From Candidatus Micrarchaeota archaeon (GTDB taxonomy: Archaea; Micrarchaeota; Micrarchaeia; Anstonellales; Bilamarchaeaceae): a stretch of DNA of 57,869 bases. The translations under genes and the position numbers were made by a program. Of the stretch, positions 29,201-38,254 are shown piece by piece. Below the pieces are notes generated by a model. It ran no database searches. It was not told the DNA's origin and saw only the letters and a list, made by a program, of their open reading frames with translations. The stretch lies in contig JBFMEZ010000003.1 of the NCBI GenBank assembly GCA_040753215.1, positions 1 to 57,869 of the forward strand. The letters run 5' to 3'. How positions within the stretch are numbered: the first letter of the stretch is position 1; each line of letters begins with the position of its first letter.

Positions 29201-29460
29201 AGGGCGTCCGGTTTCTCCCTTTGTATGATTTTTTTCAGCGTCGGCACGTCTAACGGCTCGATATACACAATATCCGCAGTCTCCCTGTCCGTCTGGATGG
29301 TCGCAGGATTGGAATTCACGAGCACTACCTCTACCCCTTCCTCGCGCAATGCCTTGCACGCCTGCGTCCCACTATAGTCGAATTCTGCGGACTGGCCTAT
29401 CACTATGGGGCCCGAACCTATCACTAAAGCTCGCTTCACATCCATTTCCCGCACCGACAA
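26266..29460 (-). CDS. carB: Carbamoyl-phosphate synthase large subunit
   Basis: GSGPIVIGQSAEFDYSG, duplicated ATP-grasp halves, IEVNPR.SRSS, C-terminal MGS domain; start may be ATG 29448. Confidence 0.97.
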   Translation of the reverse strand: MSVREMDVKRALVIGSGPIVIGQSAEFDYSGTQACKALREEGVEVVLVNSNPATIQTDRETADIVYIEPLDVPTLKKIIQREKPDALLATMGGQTALNLAIELDKWGVLEQYGVRLIGTGLEAIEKAESREKFNALMNEIGVPILPGLCAKGVEEALEFAEKIGYPVVARPAFTLGGTGGGFASCREELMPILEKGFILSRSGEVLIEKSVMGWGEFEYEVVRDSADNAVVICNMENFDPMGVHTGESIVVAPAQTLSDRDHQVLRDAALRIVRALKIEGGCNVQFYFNQETGQYGVIEVNPRLSRSSALASKATGYPIARVAAKIALGKTLDGIRNPITNTTAAFEPALDYVVTKIPKWPFEKFRGSDRRIGTQMKSTGEAMAIGRTFEESLLKAIRGLDLKEPKIEKPEEHLFPPTDLRIFAILEAFRRGAGIEEIKAKTKINPWFLGKVRRITEMEKKVAAGGLKAELVRDAKRMGFSDAQIGKLVGKGAREVREKRKGHGIIPTYKMVDSCAGEFEALTPYFYSTYEEENEAAETENRELETGLVRRKILIIGSGPIRIGQGIEFDYCCSQAAMALRKMGLRSIMVNNNPETMSTDFDSSDRLYFEPLTFEDVMNIVENEKPEGVIVQLGGQTSINLAVALAENGVNVLGTGIEGIDVAEDREKFRALCGKLGIRQPLNATATDKEGALKAAGEIGYPVVVRPSYVIAGRGMQIVFSPEEMERFIGRAVDVSENRPVLIDKYLDSAFECEVDAVSDSENTFIGGIMEHVEFAGVHSGDANISIPSLNLSEKMLRRIRETTRALARALGVKGFINIQYAVKGGELYILEANPRASRTVPFLSKATGVPLVEMAMRAMLGGKISPSEPSMKNYAIKGVVFPFLKISGADISLGPEMKSTGETMGLGDDFESAYLKALQASGISLPKGGAVLLSLRKEDREDGVEIARKLAGMGFEIYATPGTGVALTRAANVRVAKRIGEKCEAGEMDVLQLISSGEVQLVVNTPTKSGNSFSDGFKIRRRSIEKGIPCITNIRTAMEFANALEKLRGRELEARRLGEYGNA

Positions 29461-29501
29461 TTAGGTGTTGATATTAACCATGAGAGTTTTTATTCCTTTA
29501 T

Positions 29502-29519
29502 ATGTAACCATGGTTACAT
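29502..29519. promoter_or_regulatory. Perfect 18-bp palindrome abutting the carB TATA box (operator candidate)
   Basis: ATGTAACCATGGTTACAT followed directly by TATAAAGG on the minus strand. Confidence 0.65.
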
Positions 29520-29561
29520 CACCGGTTTCCAGTTTCCCGTTTTCAGTTTCCAAATTCGCCA

Positions 29562-30725
29562 TTACTCCTCCCCCATAGCAACTTTCCTATACGCCTCCCT
29601 GAATGGCACCCCCGCCTCCACCATCTTGCAGGCCCGTTCCGTTGCATAGATTTCAGGTGTCATCGCCTCCTGCATCTTTTTCTTGTCCACTTTCAGCCCA
29701 TGGATTATCTTTCCCATAACCTTAAGCGAGCCAACCGTTATCCCAAAGGACTTAATCAGCGGCTCCTTGGTGAGCTGGTAATCCCGGTGGTATCCGCTGA
29801 TAAGGCCCGCGCAGATTCCCTTGGTTGTCATCTCATGCCCAACCACCACATGGTAATTTGCCCGCATCATCTCAAGCGCATCCGGGTTCATCTTCTGCGG
29901 CATTATAGAACTCCCGGTGCAGAATTCTTTCGGAAGCTCGAAGAACCCGAACTCCGGGCAGGAAAACAGTATGAGGTCGCTTGCCATCTTGTTCAGCCCC
30001 AGCATTATGCTGGAAAGCGCACCAATGCAAAGCGCCTCAAACTTCCCCCTGGAGTTTGCGCAATAAATCGGATTCCTCTGCGTTTTCACAAACCCCAGCA
30101 GCTTCGTCGTCATTCCGCGGTCTATCCTGAGCGGCACCCCATACCCTGCCGCAGAGCCCAGCGGATTCTGGTCAACCATCTTCTTCACCGCATCTAGCAC
30201 CACCAATTCATCCTCCAGCATGTCCGCATAGGAGCCAAATAGCATCCCCGCAGAACTGGGCATCGCCTTCCTCGTGTGCGTATACCCGGGCATCGCCGCA
30301 TCTACCTTCGATTTCTTCCTGAGTTCCTTCACAAGCCCCTTCAGCCCAACCCTTACCTGCCCCAGGCTATCCTTCATGTAGAAGCGCAGAGCAACCATGC
30401 ACTGGTCGTTCCTAGAGCGCCCAGTATGAATCTTCTTCCCGGCCTTCCCCAGCTTTTTCACCAGATAATTCTCTATTGCAGTATGGCAGTCCTCGTCTCC
30501 TTTCTTTATCTCAAGCCCCTTTTCCAGAACCGCCTCCAGTTCCTTCACAATCGCATTCACCTCGTCCGCACTGAGATAGCCGCACTTCCCCAGCATCTTC
30601 GCATGCGCGATGCTCGCCTTCACATCATAGGGAAGGAGAACCTTGTCCAGCAGGTAGTCCTCCCCCACAGTGTATTCCTCGGCATCCTTGTCCAGCTTAT
30701 ACCCCTTTTCCCAAAGCTTCGCCAT
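29562..30725 (-). CDS. argH: Argininosuccinate lyase
   Basis: EDCHTAIE, HTGRSRNDQ, MPGYTH, PLGSAAG, TGSSIMPQKMNPD, GVPFREAY. Confidence 0.96.
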   Translation of the reverse strand: MAKLWEKGYKLDKDAEEYTVGEDYLLDKVLLPYDVKASIAHAKMLGKCGYLSADEVNAIVKELEAVLEKGLEIKKGDEDCHTAIENYLVKKLGKAGKKIHTGRSRNDQCMVALRFYMKDSLGQVRVGLKGLVKELRKKSKVDAAMPGYTHTRKAMPSSAGMLFGSYADMLEDELVVLDAVKKMVDQNPLGSAAGYGVPLRIDRGMTTKLLGFVKTQRNPIYCANSRGKFEALCIGALSSIMLGLNKMASDLILFSCPEFGFFELPKEFCTGSSIMPQKMNPDALEMMRANYHVVVGHEMTTKGICAGLISGYHRDYQLTKEPLIKSFGITVGSLKVMGKIIHGLKVDKKKMQEAMTPEIYATERACKMVEAGVPFREAYRKVAMGEE

Positions 30726-30727
30726 AT

Positions 30728-31984
30728 CTACACCACGTATCTCCCGAGGCCGGTCTTGTCTATTATCGCCTTATGCGCCTTCAGCCGCACCCCGTTTATT
30801 TTTATGAAGCCCAGCGAATCCGCCTGGTCGAACCCACCCTCTATGTCCATGCTCGAGAGCTCCTTGTTGTAGAGCGAGGTGGGCGACCATCTCGCAACCG
30901 CCTTCGCATTCCCTTTATAGAGGCTCACAATCACCCACCCGTCTATAAGGGTTTGGGACTGATTGAATGCCGACATAAGGAAATCCATTTCCGGAGAGAA
31001 CCAATACCCGTTGTATATAAGCTCCGAGAATTTAGGGGTGAGGCTGTCCCTCAGGTGCATCACCTCCTTATCCATTGCTATGCCTTCCAGATCCCTGTGC
31101 GCGGCCCAGAGTATCGCCGCCCCAGGCGTTTCGTAAACCCCCCTTGATTTTATGCCCACATACCTGTTCTCCACCATGTCCAGCCGCCCCACCCCGTTCT
31201 CGGCCCCCACCTTGTTCAGGTACATGAACATCCCCAGCGGCTTTTCCTCCAGTTCCCCAGTCCCCATATTCTCCACTTTTACGGGAAGCCCATCCTTGAA
31301 GTGGATTTTCAGCTTCGTTTCCTTGTCCGGCGCCTCCTGCGGGCTCTTCGTCTTGCTGTACACCTCCTGCGGGCACTCGCTCGCCGGGTCCTCCAGTATC
31401 CCCGACTCGTGGCTTATGTGCATGAGATTGTCGTCCTCGCTGTAGCTCTTCTCCGCAGTCGCCTTCACGGGTATCCCCTTCGCCTTCGCGTATTCTATCA
31501 AATCCTTTCTTCCCTTGAACTTCGAAGTGAATTCCACATTCTTCCAAGGCGATATGACCTTCAGCGCAGGATTCAGCGCAAAGTATGCGAACTCAAACCT
31601 CACCTGGTCATTCCCCTTCCCCGTGGCGCCATGTGCAACGTATTCCGCCCCTTCTTTTTTCGCTATCTCCACCTGGTGCTTCGCAATCAGCGGCCTCGCT
31701 AGCGAGGTCCCTAGCAGATAAAGCCCTTCGTACATCGCATTCCCCTTCAGAGCCTGGTATATGTAGCCGGTGACAAAATCCTCCCTGAGGTTCTCCACAT
31801 ACACCTTGCTCGCGCCGAGCGCCTTCGCCTTATCGGCGGCAGCTGCGAAATCCTCTTCCTGCCCCACATCCGCAATGAATGCCACTACATCGTAGCCCTT
31901 CTCCTCCAGCCACTTCAGTATGCAGGAGGTATCCAAGCCGCCGGAATAGGCCAACACCACTTTTGAATTTTCACTTTTGGACAT
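30728..31984 (-). CDS. argG: Argininosuccinate synthase
   Basis: [51 protein letters not shown]. Confidence 0.97.
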   Translation of the reverse strand: MSKSENSKVVLAYSGGLDTSCILKWLEEKGYDVVAFIADVGQEEDFAAAADKAKALGASKVYVENLREDFVTGYIYQALKGNAMYEGLYLLGTSLARPLIAKHQVEIAKKEGAEYVAHGATGKGNDQVRFEFAYFALNPALKVISPWKNVEFTSKFKGRKDLIEYAKAKGIPVKATAEKSYSEDDNLMHISHESGILEDPASECPQEVYSKTKSPQEAPDKETKLKIHFKDGLPVKVENMGTGELEEKPLGMFMYLNKVGAENGVGRLDMVENRYVGIKSRGVYETPGAAILWAAHRDLEGIAMDKEVMHLRDSLTPKFSELIYNGYWFSPEMDFLMSAFNQSQTLIDGWVIVSLYKGNAKAVARWSPTSLYNKELSSMDIEGGFDQADSLGFIKINGVRLKAHKAIIDKTGLGRYVV

Positions 31985-32070
31985 AAGACCACAGTTCTTT
32001 TACGTCGTCATACCTTTATAAATCATGTGCTCCAAAAGTAACAAAAATAAAAAATGAGTTCCAAATAGAA

Positions 32071-32673
32071 CTATTTCCCGCCCGTTATAGAAGACAATAT
32101 CTCGTACGCGATTCTGGTGTCCGCCTCCTTCACAACCAGCAGCGTGTCCGTGTAGCAGGAAATGAATTCCACAACGTTGATTCCCTCGTACGCAAGCGCG
32201 TTGAGTATGAAAGAAATAACCCCGGGCACCTCCTCCAGTTCCTCGCCGCTCTTTATCGTAATAAGGTTTAGGTTTTTCTGGACGCTTTTCACGCCCCACT
32301 CTTCCTTTATTTTTTTCGTTTCATTTTCCTCAACTATATATGTATTATAGCCCCCGCTTCTCGCATGGGAAATCGCCTTTATTCCCGGGTCCTTCCTGGA
32401 AATCACGACCGCGACCTTTGTCTGGATCGTTATGGAGCTCTTCTCCAGCAGCTCCAGCACCTTCTCCTCCATGCCAGCCTCCTTCTCCGCGACCTTCTTC
32501 GAAATGCGCGTGAGGGCCACCTTCACCGCATCAAAATTCTTTTCCGGAAAGCCAAGCTCCCGGCAGATAGTCCTTGCAAGGGCGCTGTGGTTGACTATTC
32601 CATCGCGCAGCGCCGCCTTAACAATGGGCCTTCTTTTGATATAAAGCCATACAACCTCGCTTATTCGTGGCAT
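32071..32673 (-). CDS. HTH plus ACT-domain amino-acid-sensing regulator
   Basis: GIVNHSALAR, AVKVAL.R N-domain; C-terminal ACT (VPGVISFI..L..EGINVVEFISCYTD); lies upstream of argG. Confidence 0.8.
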   Translation of the reverse strand: MPRISEVVWLYIKRRPIVKAALRDGIVNHSALARTICRELGFPEKNFDAVKVALTRISKKVAEKEAGMEEKVLELLEKSSITIQTKVAVVISRKDPGIKAISHARSGGYNTYIVEENETKKIKEEWGVKSVQKNLNLITIKSGEELEEVPGVISFILNALAYEGINVVEFISCYTDTLLVVKEADTRIAYEILSSITGGK

Positions 32674-32758
32674 ACTGATCCCCCTATTCCATTTGTAACA
32701 TTTCTATTACAGATGTAATACTAGGAACAAAAAATTGAAATAGCTATTCCCGGCCAAA

Positions 32759-33145
32759 ATGCATGGCGGCTCCGCCGCAGCGAAGGGCGCAGAGATTATC
32801 CCATGGAACAGGTATGCGCAGTTCGGCCCGTACTACGAGGCCGAAGCCCTCGCAAGCCATGCCTTTTTGCAGGCGCAGGCCGGGTTCGGGGCAGCAGCGA
32901 AGAGAACATTCAAGAAGGCGCTCTCAGCCACAGAAAAGCTAGAGGGCTTCCACTGGAAGGACAAGCTCTTCGCTTCAATCGCCGTCCTGCAGGCAAGAGC
33001 CGGCTTTTTCAAAGAAGCGGTCCAAACAGCCAAGAAAGTGGCAGACCTCAACCAATGCGCAGAAGCCCTCAAGGCAATCGCCTCACTGGAAGAAGAAACT
33101 GGAAATAAGCTCAATCACGAGCCGTGGGTGCCTTCGCCACCGTGA
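32759..33145 (+). CDS. Hypothetical helical-repeat protein
   Basis: Repeated LQA.AG...A...A units. Confidence 0.55.
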   Translation: MHGGSAAAKGAEIIPWNRYAQFGPYYEAEALASHAFLQAQAGFGAAAKRTFKKALSATEKLEGFHWKDKLFASIAVLQARAGFFKEAVQTAKKVADLNQCAEALKAIASLEEETGNKLNHEPWVPSPP

Positions 33146-33202
33146 TCAATTTTCAGTACCCGGTTTCCCGTATGTTAAACAAAGAGATTATGTGCGGTGG
33201 AA

Positions 33203-33220
33203 TTGTAACCATGGTTACAA
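33203..33220. promoter_or_regulatory. Second copy of the TGTAACCATGGTTACA palindrome
   Basis: TTGTAACCATGGTTACAA; 16-bp core identical to 29503-29518. Confidence 0.6.
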
Positions 33221-33323
33221 AACAGTTTCCAGTTTCCTATTCCTCGGCCCCTTCGCTGGGTTTTCATCTTCCACATAACACCACATATTAAAAGCATTTC
33301 GCGCACCAATACTATTGTATACC

Positions 33324-33980
33324 ATGAAACCGAAGCCCGGATTAGGCACGGCTCTGCTTGCATTGTTTGCAAACCCGGGCACGCATGAAAAGGCACTGGA
33401 AATCATGGGGCGGATGCCAAAAATGGAGCAGGTAAGCCTGGTGAGATCGCTCTTACGGTACGACCACGATGGGCATGGACAGTTTTACTTCGCTGGGGAC
33501 ACCAGCGAGCAGTACCGCGCTTACCTAGCTTACAACAGCGTGTATGAGAAATACGAGCCTGCGCGGAGCTATGCGGATTCATGGTGCTGTGGGCGACCGC
33601 GCTTCGACGTGCTTTTGGCAGTTGTAAGGCAAGAGCTGGCGCGGTATGGCCTTGAAAGGGAATGGGAGACAGGGTTCATGCTGTATTATGGATGGCGCGC
33701 GCTGCGTCCGTATACCACCATATTCCTGCCAGCAGATTTGGATATGTATTTAATGGAGTTGATGACGCCGCAGGAGCGGGAGGATTATGAAAGACGATCA
33801 AAAGAAAATGGAGCGCTTGCTCTGCAGTTCATAAGGGAATTCAGGTCATGGCTTGACACGGTGCCGCCAGGCGACCGTTGGATCGAGAATAGAAAGAGGC
33901 AGGCGGATTACATCCTCTCGAAGAACAGCTTCACTATTGATGTGATTTCAGGTGCGGCAGATTTGGTAAGAGAATATTAA
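33324..33980 (+). CDS. Hypothetical protein
   Basis: Long ORF, no recognised motif. Confidence 0.6.
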   Translation: MKPKPGLGTALLALFANPGTHEKALEIMGRMPKMEQVSLVRSLLRYDHDGHGQFYFAGDTSEQYRAYLAYNSVYEKYEPARSYADSWCCGRPRFDVLLAVVRQELARYGLEREWETGFMLYYGWRALRPYTTIFLPADLDMYLMELMTPQEREDYERRSKENGALALQFIREFRSWLDTVPPGDRWIENRKRQADYILSKNSFTIDVISGAADLVREY

Positions 33981-34053
33981 CTAATGCTGGGGCAGCTGGC
34001 CGGTTTCCGGAATGCTCGCCCTTATAAAAGGCAATAACAATCTATTTATAAAG

Positions 34054-34078
34054 ATATTGTTATTATTAATAACAATAT
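34054..34078. promoter_or_regulatory. Palindromic operator overlapping the ATPase start
   Basis: ATATTGTTATT-ATT-AATAACAATAT, downstream of TTTATAAA. Confidence 0.55.
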
Positions 34079-35480
34079 GCTAACAAAACCAGAACCCTCC
34101 GAACTCAGGGCATTCAACCGCTGGTGGGATGACCCACTAGCGATAAGCCTGGATGAGAAAATAATTGAATTCGAAGAAAAGCAATACAAATGGAAGCCGG
34201 ACCTGCCATCCTATCTGCCGGAGCCGGGGAACATCTACTCGTTGCGTGGCCCGAGGCAGCTTGGAAAAAGCACTCTCGTCAAGCTTATAATCCGCGACCT
34301 GCTCCTCCAAAAGAAACAAAAGCCAAAATCCATTTTTTACTGGAGCTGCGAGAATGTGAAGGATTTCCGCGAACTCATCAACCTAATCGGGGCATTCCTG
34401 GATTTCAAGGATGCAAACCAGATTACTGAAGCATACATCTTCCTGGATGAGATATCGTTTGTCCAGGAATGGCAGCGCGGAATCAAATCATTGGCCGAGC
34501 AGGGCAGGCTCAAAAATTGCGCTCTTCTGCTTACCGGTTCGGATATTGTTGATATCCGTAAAAGCACTGAACGCCTGCCCGGCCGCACCGGCAAAAAAGG
34601 AAAGGACTTTATCCTGCTCCCCTTCTCATTCAGGGAATTTGTGGCTCTGGTCGACCCGGGTCTTCATGCCAAGCTTCCAGCCGCTGCTTCGCTGGAAAGC
34701 CTTGAACTCATCCGGCAAAACGCGGAAGCCGCAAAGGAATTTGAGAAAGAGCTTTCCGCACTATTTTCAAAATACCTCATCAGCGGCGGTTTCCCTCTGG
34801 TGATCAATGAATTCTTCTCCCATGGCCACATAGACAGCTGGGTTGATGAGATATACTACCGCTGGGTCATGGGGGACCTTGCGAAGAGGGGCAAGGCGGA
34901 ACGCCTGGCCCACGAGATTATAAGGACCGTGATCAAGAAGCGTTCCAGCGTTTTCAGCTGGGACAGCATAACAAAAGATGTAGAGATAAAGTCCCATCTT
35001 ACAGTATCTTCATATATTGAGAATCTCGAACAGCTGTTTGTCTTCTTTGTCTCATACTTCTTCGATGCCGAAAGAAAGGGCTTCAACTTCAACAAGAACA
35101 AGAAAATCCATTTTATCGACCCATTCATTTATAGGGTTTTTTGCAAAAGGACAAACCAATCTGAAGATGAAGCCCAGATGGTCGAAGATGTTGTTGCCGC
35201 AAATCTTTACAAATGGAAACTCAAAACTGGTCCCTTCGGTCCGGTCAGCCCCGTAGCATACACAAGCACAAACCGCGAAACAGACATCGTTCTAGAAGAT
35301 GGCGGCACAGCCTTCGGAATAGAGGTCAAATACCAGAACAAGATAGCCGCTGAGGACTGGGCGCCGGTTTCGCGCTTCAGGCGCGGGCTGCTTTTGACCA
35401 AAAGCTATTATTCCTCAAGAAAGATGGGCGGGAAAATGCAGCTTGCCCTTCCGGTCCCTGTTTTTCTGGCCTTGCTTTAG
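34077..35480 (+). CDS. AAA_14 ATPase with DUF4143 domain
   Basis: N.WW, GPRQLGKST, FLDEI, LTGS, LPGR, PFSFREF, GGFP, KK.HF.DP, E.D.V....IEVKY. Confidence 0.9.
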   Translation: MLTKPEPSELRAFNRWWDDPLAISLDEKIIEFEEKQYKWKPDLPSYLPEPGNIYSLRGPRQLGKSTLVKLIIRDLLLQKKQKPKSIFYWSCENVKDFRELINLIGAFLDFKDANQITEAYIFLDEISFVQEWQRGIKSLAEQGRLKNCALLLTGSDIVDIRKSTERLPGRTGKKGKDFILLPFSFREFVALVDPGLHAKLPAAASLESLELIRQNAEAAKEFEKELSALFSKYLISGGFPLVINEFFSHGHIDSWVDEIYYRWVMGDLAKRGKAERLAHEIIRTVIKKRSSVFSWDSITKDVEIKSHLTVSSYIENLEQLFVFFVSYFFDAERKGFNFNKNKKIHFIDPFIYRVFCKRTNQSEDEAQMVEDVVAANLYKWKLKTGPFGPVSPVAYTSTNRETDIVLEDGGTAFGIEVKYQNKIAAEDWAPVSRFRRGLLLTKSYYSSRKMGGKMQLALPVPVFLALL

Positions 35481-35938
35481 ACGACCTTTACCTCTCCGTC
35501 CGCCACCAGATGCGAAAGGTATCCCAGCCCAGCCGCAATCCCCAGGTTCCAATTGGAGAAGAACCAAATCACAACCCCATATCCCGCCGCAAGCAGAAGC
35601 GTGTGCGTAATCCCCCTGTGCCTCGGCTTCATATAAGTCATCACAATCATATACAATCCAGTAATCGCAAGCGTATTAACCAGAAGCGCACGCCAATTAT
35701 CCACGCCGCATGCAATCCCGTCGCACGCCGCAGAATAAGAAAAAAGAAATGCGCAAATCGGCACCCCCAAATCCATCCACTTCCGCATCTTGCTATTTTC
35801 ATGGTCAATGTCCGGCACAAGCGCAGAGAATGCAGCCACAAACACAATAGAGCCAAAAAGAAAAGGTTCCGCCCCGATAAGAAGCGCAAAAACAACACCA
35901 AAAATTATCCCAACAAGCACGTGCCCAGGATAATTCAT
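35477..35938 (-). CDS. Membrane metal-dependent hydrolase (YdjM-like)
   Basis: GH, VPDIDH, HRGITHTL, GYLSHLVAD. Confidence 0.88.
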   Translation of the reverse strand: MNYPGHVLVGIIFGVVFALLIGAEPFLFGSIVFVAAFSALVPDIDHENSKMRKWMDLGVPICAFLFSYSAACDGIACGVDNWRALLVNTLAITGLYMIVMTYMKPRHRGITHTLLLAAGYGVVIWFFSNWNLGIAAGLGYLSHLVADGEVKVV

Positions 35939-36735
35939 AACTTAACCCCATATTTTTCAAAAACGACTTCCTTCTTCTGCTTATACACCAGCGAATCAAA
36001 AGCAATGGAAAGCATAATCAGCCTGTTCAGCATCCTGTCCAGCTCCGCCTCCGGCACCCTCGTCCCGGTTCTTTCCAATAATATCCCGTCATCCTGCGCC
36101 TTGAACGCGAAATGCGCCGCAGAATTCCTATAAATACCTCCCCACACGGAAGAGAATTCCGGAACCCATTTCTCCTCCGCCCAAAGCGTTTTCACCCTGT
36201 TCAGAAACGCCCCCACCGCATCATCCTTATCCGCCTTGGAGAAATCCGGTGAAGTAAGCAGTAGAATCTTATGCCTCGTAAAAAGGTATTCGTAAAAATC
36301 ATTATACAATTTGAATTTCAGGTACAACCTCACCTTCGGGCTCACATCCTGCCTTCCCGCAAGGGTGCGGACCCGGAGCAATAGTTCCATCTTCTCCGAA
36401 GAATCCGCCACATACGAATCCAGCACATTCACGACTTCTTCCCGCACCTGGAAAGGAATTCCCTCAAAACACTTCCCGAACAGCCCCGCATACATCTCCT
36501 TATACTTCGCATACTCATCTATGGAAGAAAGCTTCGCCCCTCCAACCTCCATCTCCTCGCTCAGCTCCTCCGCCTCGTCAAAATGCGCAAACGCCTTTTT
36601 GAGTTTCTCCGCCTCCCCCTCCGGCAGTTTCTCCGAGAACCTTATGGAAGAAAGTATCGCATTTCCTTCGCTCACATGGAGGGCAATCTCCTTCCTCAGC
36701 TCCATCTCATCCTCGCTCAGACGCGGCACATTCAT
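35935..36735 (-). CDS. Hypothetical protein (HEPN-like RNxxxH motif)
   Basis: Helical ORF with YRNSAAH near the C-terminus; start trimmed to exclude the tRNA region. Confidence 0.6.
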   Translation of the reverse strand: MNVPRLSEDEMELRKEIALHVSEGNAILSSIRFSEKLPEGEAEKLKKAFAHFDEAEELSEEMEVGGAKLSSIDEYAKYKEMYAGLFGKCFEGIPFQVREEVVNVLDSYVADSSEKMELLLRVRTLAGRQDVSPKVRLYLKFKLYNDFYEYLFTRHKILLLTSPDFSKADKDDAVGAFLNRVKTLWAEEKWVPEFSSVWGGIYRNSAAHFAFKAQDDGILLERTGTRVPEAELDRMLNRLIMLSIAFDSLVYKQKKEVVFEKYGVKL

Positions 36736-36813
36736 GCACCTCAACCCAACAAATGGGTTTCCAGTTTTCCGTTGCCAGTTTCCAAACGGGAAACCCGGAA
36801 CCGGAAACTTCTG

Positions 36814-36885
36814 TGGGCCCGCCCGGAATCGGACCAGGTTCTCCAGCGTGTAAGGCTGGCGTCTTGACCATTGGACCACGGGCCC
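36814..36885 (-). tRNA. tRNA-Val(TAC), T-loop variant TCCGATT
   Basis: GGGCCCG acceptor stem, CCAGC-CT-TAC-AC-GCTGG anticodon arm, CCTGG/CCGGG T-stem. Confidence 0.88.
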
Positions 36886-36973
36886 GAACAGTTTCCAGTC
36901 CCCAGTTTCCGGTTTCCAGAAACGTCCGTAAAAGAAAATAAGCACACTTCCGCTTTTATAGCTAACTGCAAAA

Positions 36974-37525
36974 TCAGTACGGAGCCCTCTGCGGCGGCTT
37001 CACGAATATGTAGTACCTCTCCTTCCCCTCCATCTCCGAGACTATCCTATGCACGAACACTGCAGCCGGGTCCCCGACCGTAGGCACCCTCGCCTTCAGG
37101 TCCGCAAAGTTCTCAAACGGCTTCACGTCCCTCTCCTTGAGTATGAGCTCCATGTTCTTCTTTCCAATCCCCGGAAGCAGGTCCAGCTGGTGCACCCTCA
37201 TCGAAATGGGCCCTGCCTTGTTTATGAAATTCACGAAGAGCTGCTCGCGCGACTCAACTATCTTCCTCACGACCCCGGGCACAATGTCCTTCGCCGCAGT
37301 GGTCAATTCCCCGAACTCTATCCTTCCCTTTATGCGGTCCACTTCCGCCCGCTCCCCTTTTCCGACGAATATCTTCTGCCCCACCGAGACGCTGGCCTCC
37401 GGCTTTGCCGTGGCTTCAAGAAGGGTGAAATACTGGTCCCCCACGAGCTGGACAATCGGCTCCTGCCTGGAGCCCGCAGCCCTCCCGCGCGGGAGGTATT
37501 CCACAATCCATGCATAGTCTTCCAT
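36974..37525 (-). CDS. DUF655 putative RNA-binding protein
   Basis: FTLLE, FINKAGPI..R.HQL.LLPGIGKK; conserved neighbour of rpoF and rpl21e. Confidence 0.9.
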   Translation of the reverse strand: MEDYAWIVEYLPRGRAAGSRQEPIVQLVGDQYFTLLEATAKPEASVSVGQKIFVGKGERAEVDRIKGRIEFGELTTAAKDIVPGVVRKIVESREQLFVNFINKAGPISMRVHQLDLLPGIGKKNMELILKERDVKPFENFADLKARVPTVGDPAAVFVHRIVSEMEGKERYYIFVKPPQRAPY

Positions 37526-37848
37526 TACCCTACCGCCTTCATTATGTCCTTCATCTCCGCGTCGCTTATCTCTATCTTGTTCTTCAATAATATCGCCCTG
37601 AGCGTCTCCTCGCCCTTCGGCATTATGTCCACTATCTTCACTGCGGTCTCCTCATCTATCTTGGGGCTTGCCGCCTTCACCTTCTTCAGCACCGCATCCG
37701 CCTTCTTCCTGTCGCACTTCGCAAACTTCTCCGAGTGCTCGAGCGCGTTCGCCTGCTCGTACCCGAGCTCTTCGCCAGCCTTCTTCCTCTCCTGGAGCAC
37801 CTCCAGCACTTCGGCCATCGGCACCGGCTTTGAGGATGTTATCTTCAT
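37525..37848 (-). CDS. rpoF: RNA polymerase subunit F (Rpo4)
   Basis: EL.YEQ..ALEH..KF, AVKIVDIMP; synteny. Confidence 0.92.
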   Translation of the reverse strand: MKITSSKPVPMAEVLEVLQERKKAGEELGYEQANALEHSEKFAKCDRKKADAVLKKVKAASPKIDEETAVKIVDIMPKGEETLRAILLKNKIEISDAEMKDIMKAVG

Positions 37849-38135
37849 GCTTCCATCCTCCTCAGATGCACGGGCGAGACTATGAGCTCCTTCCTTGCCC
37901 CCAGGTCCGAAATCTCCACCACGTACGCCTTCCCCCTCCTCTCCACCACCCTCCCGTGCCTGCCGTCATACCTCGGCGCCGGGAAGCCGCTGAACGACGG
38001 CTGCAGGGCTATCAGCACCCTCTCGCCATTCCTGAACGTCTTCACGCGGTCCGGGACGGTAAGCTTCCTTTCCTTCCTGAACCTCTTCGTCCTCCTGACC
38101 ATCATTCCCTTTGAGTTCTTTGCCACTTTTCCCAC
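37845..38135 (-). CDS. rpl21e: 50S ribosomal protein L21e
   Basis: F..GERV.I, P.PRY.GR.G.V, RGKAY.VEI.D, K.LIV.PVHL. Confidence 0.93.
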   Translation of the reverse strand: MGKVAKNSKGMMVRRTKRFRKERKLTVPDRVKTFRNGERVLIALQPSFSGFPAPRYDGRHGRVVERRGKAYVVEISDLGARKELIVSPVHLRRMEA

Positions 38136-38254
38136 CTGACCGTTTTTCTCTTTACGGATTTATAAACCTGCAGCTATCCATACAGGCAGAATCCGTGCTG
38201 TTCTTATTCTTGCACCCCTTTATAAAGCTTGCGGCCGGAAGTATTTAAATAAGG

